Shown: positions 58,581 to 64,000 of the stretch, in pieces
Layout: each line of letters begins with the position of its first letter
Numbering within the stretch: the first letter of the stretch is position 1
Source of the DNA: the human T2T-CHM13v2.0 reference genome, Homo sapiens
Strand: one strand, 5' to 3'
DNA: 64,000 bases
NCBI RefSeq assembly: GCF_009914755.1
Contig: NC_060929.1
Program-made: the position numbers and the translations under genes
The notes under the pieces: model-generated
Databases searched by the model: none
What the model saw: the letters and a program-made list of their open reading frames with translations, nothing else
What the model was told of the DNA's origin: nothing

Positions 58581-59295
58581 AGTTTAATATTTTTAAATTA
58601 TATTTTAAATCTGTAAATGAACTTTTTAACATTTTCTGATATATTCAGATTTTTTCTTTTCTCTTTACTACTTACATCAATTGTTTTCTATAAATGTTTT
58701 AACATATCTACAATGGGTATTTAAATTATTTTTCTGCTAAATACAACATGTTTGCTCTAGATTTTTTTCTATTGACTAATCTTTTCTCTTGACTATGGGT
58801 CATATTTTTGACCATCCTCGCATGTTTTTCATATACAAAAGACAGACAGAGAGATTTGGTTATGTAATGTATTTGAGATTGAATTGTATTCTACTGGCAG
58901 ATAAATTATTCTTGGACACTTTGATATTATGGGAAGCTTGGTTTTAGGTGTCCTTGGGACCTATGCCTTGTTATTTCCCCTTAACACTAAGGTATAACTA
59001 TTATTCTTAAGCATTAAGTTTCTTAATTTTTAAATGTTATTCTTCTGGACTTTCAATGGATAGGCTGATCATTTAGCAAGACTGTTTACTTTGGCATAAT
59101 CTGAACCCCAAACTCATATTCCCAAGTGCTTATCCATTGCTCAAATTTGTGTTCAGTTTGTCATCTTTCCCACTGTTACTTTCAAACTGTGAGTCTCACT
59201 CCACATTTATAAAATCCAGTAATCAAACAGGAATTTGCAGATGTTTGTTTGCAGGTTTGGGAGCTTCCTTTATTTGTGCCTCCCTCCCTTTCCAA

Positions 59296-59546
59296 GATTT
59301 CTTTCTTTCTTTCTTTTTTCTTCTTCTTTCCTTTTTTTTTTTTTTTTTTTCAGGCAGCATATTGCTGTCACCCAGGCTGGAGTTCAGTGGTGCCATCTTA
59401 TTTCACTGCAAGCTCCACCTGCCTCACTCAGGTGATCCTTCCACCTCAGCCTCCCCAGTAGCTAAGACTGCAGGCATGCACCACCATGCCCAACTAATTT
59501 TTGTATTTTTTGTAGAGACAGGGTTTCACCATGTTGCCCAGGCTGG
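59296..59546 (-). mobile_element. 5'-truncated AluJ-like
   Basis: T/CTTT tail, right arm and part of the left arm, ending 'ccatgttgcccaggctgg'. Confidence 0.85.
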
Positions 59547-60013
59547 CTTTTCAGGATTCCTATGCTTGTTTATATTGGCTTTGGAAGTCCCAAACTCCGA
59601 CCTAAAAATATAAAATATTTATTTTGTATTTGAGTTTAATTCTCCATGCAAGAGATAAGTGATAATTGCCCTTATTAAAGAACTTAAATAAATGTGGAAT
59701 TCACTCAGTAGCTTTATCCTCTTTTAATGGTTTTATCCCTTCCTGTTCCTGTCTTTTATATTGATTTTTCTCGACTACTTTAAAAGAGGGATTTTTGAAA
59801 TCATATGGCATGAACCACTGCCCATTTCCCTCATTTTCTTAAAAAGAAAAGTTAAGACTAGTTCAAATCACTTTATTCATCTTTCCTGAATGATTCTAAT
59901 ACCACTAAAAAGTAAATTGTCACTGGAAAATCATTGATTATGTAGCCTTTACAATCATAGGTAAAGACACCTTGTTCCAAGACCAAAAAAAGAAAATTAA
60001 TGAAGAACACTTC

Positions 60014-60389
60014 TGATATGGTTTGGCTCTTTGTCCTCACCCAAATCTCATCTTGAATTATCATCCCCACAATCCCCATGTGTCAAGGGAGGGACCAAGA
60101 GGAAGGTGATTGAATCATGGAGGCAGTTTCCCCCATGCTGCTCTTGTGATAGTGAGTTCTCATGAGATCCGATATTTTTATAAGTGCCTGACATTTCCCC
60201 TGCTTGCTTTCTCTGTTACCTGCCGTCATGTAAGACGTACCTTTGTTTCTCACTTGCTTTCTGCCATGATTGTAAGTTTCCTCAGGCCTCCCCAGCCATT
60301 TGGAACTGTGAATCAATTAAATCTCTTTCCTTTATAATTTACCCAGTTTTGAATATTTCTTTATAGTAGTGTGAAAATGAACTAATAAA
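60014..60389 (+). mobile_element. THE1D/MST-like MaLR solo LTR
   Basis: 'tgatatggtttggctct' start and 'ctgccatgattgtaagtttcct.aggcctccccagcc'; ends 'gtgtgaaaatgaactaata'; TSD acttc/acttt. Confidence 0.88.
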
Positions 60390-60528
60390 ACTTTCATGGA
60401 TGAAAAGGGAGGATTTTGTATCTGCTTGGAAAATGCTACTGAAATGCTTAAAGGAGCAGGTGTCAGAGTTGGAAATACGTGGAAGAATAAGTGACACTGT
60501 ACTTCTAGCATTAGAATATATATTATTT

Positions 60529-61293
60529 GCTCATCATCATCATCACTGGCCATCAGAGAAATGCAAATCAAAACCACAATGAGATAACATCTCACACCAG
60601 TTAGAATGGCTATCATTAAAAAGTCAGGAAACAACAGGTGCTGGAGAGGATGTGGAGAAATAGGAACACTTTTACACTGTTGGTGGGACTGTAAACTAGT
60701 TCAACCATTGTGGAAGTCAGTGTGGTGAAGATCCCTGAGGACAGGGATCTAGAACTAGAAATACCATTTGACCCAGCCATCCCATTACTGGGTATATACC
60801 CAAAGGATTATAAATCATGCTGCTATAAAGACACATGCACACATATGTTTATTGTGGCACTATTCACAATAGCAAAGACTTGGAATCAAGCCAAATGTCC
60901 AATAATGATAGACTGGATGAAGAAACTGTGGCACATATACACCATGGAATACTATGCAGCCATAAAAAAAGATGAGTTCATGTCCTTTGTAGGGACATGG
61001 ATGAAGCTGGAAACCATCATTCTCAGCAAACTATCGCAAGGACAAAAAACCAAACACGGTATGTTCTCACTCATAGGTGGGAATTGAACAATGAGAACAC
61101 ATGGACACAGGAAGGGGAACATCACACACCAGGGCCTGTTGTGGGGTGGGGGGAGGGGGAAGGGATAGGATTAGGAGATATACCTAATGTTAAATGACGA
61201 GTTAATGGGTGCAACACACCAACATGGCACATGTATACATATGTAACTAACCTGCACGTTGTGCACATGTACCCTAAAACTTAAAGTATAAAA
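60529..61293 (+). mobile_element. L1PA4/5-like, 5'-truncated
   Basis: ORF2 C-terminus (ORF 60710-61087) and 3'UTR 'aatgttaaatgacgagttaatggg'. TSD ...atatatattattt(g/a)ctca at 60513-60533 and ending 61324; the right copy is expanded into (AT)n. Confidence 0.9.
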
Positions 61294-61592
61294 TATATAT
61301 ATATATATATATATTATTTACTCAAGTTCCCAAGAAACCTCTGTTTCTTTATTGGATAGCTTGACCATCCAAAAAGATTGTGGTTCATGTGAAGAGTAGC
61401 TGGAATTTCTAGATGACATTCAGAATTGCATTTCAAGGTAAAAAATGGAGTTCTACATGATTCATACTTCATGGATTTTGTAGCAGATCAGCTGTTAGGA
61501 TGAGGGTAGTGTTTTGAAAATGAAAATCAAAATAATAACAACAACAGAAAGTCTACATGATCCAGTCAATAAGAGAGTTAGGTAAACAGTCA

Positions 61593-64000
<2,408 letters not shown>

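Overview
AT-rich, CpG-depleted primate genomic DNA. An L1 carrying the human-specific Ta-1 diagnostics indicates it is human. The window looks intergenic or deep-intronic. I find no supportable host protein-coding gene, RNA gene or CRISPR-like array. Every long ORF in the track is an L1 ORF2 remnant, an Alu read-through or a purine/pyrimidine simple repeat. A large part of the window is interspersed repeat: L1HS-Ta1, L1PA2, L1PA4/5, L1PA7, L1PB1 and old L1M; about nine Alus; MaLR and ERV1 solo LTRs; Tigger3b, MER33, MER5A and MER81; and L2, MIR and CR1 relics. Subfamily names come from recalled consensus motifs, not a database search. The best second-look items are: (i) a very young L1HS-Ta1 insertion that may be polymorphic; (ii) a series of locally templated direct/inverted copy 'scars' from about 10 to 380 bp (at 5.4, 20.6-22.9, 26.5, 30.9, 34.6/38.5, 36.6 and 60.7 kb); (iii) a probable ancient tandem duplication at 11.6-16.1 kb; (iv) a tail-to-tail inverted L1 pair about 300 bp apart; and (v) a few candidate regulatory or splice elements. 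I cannot support a claim of a new biological system.
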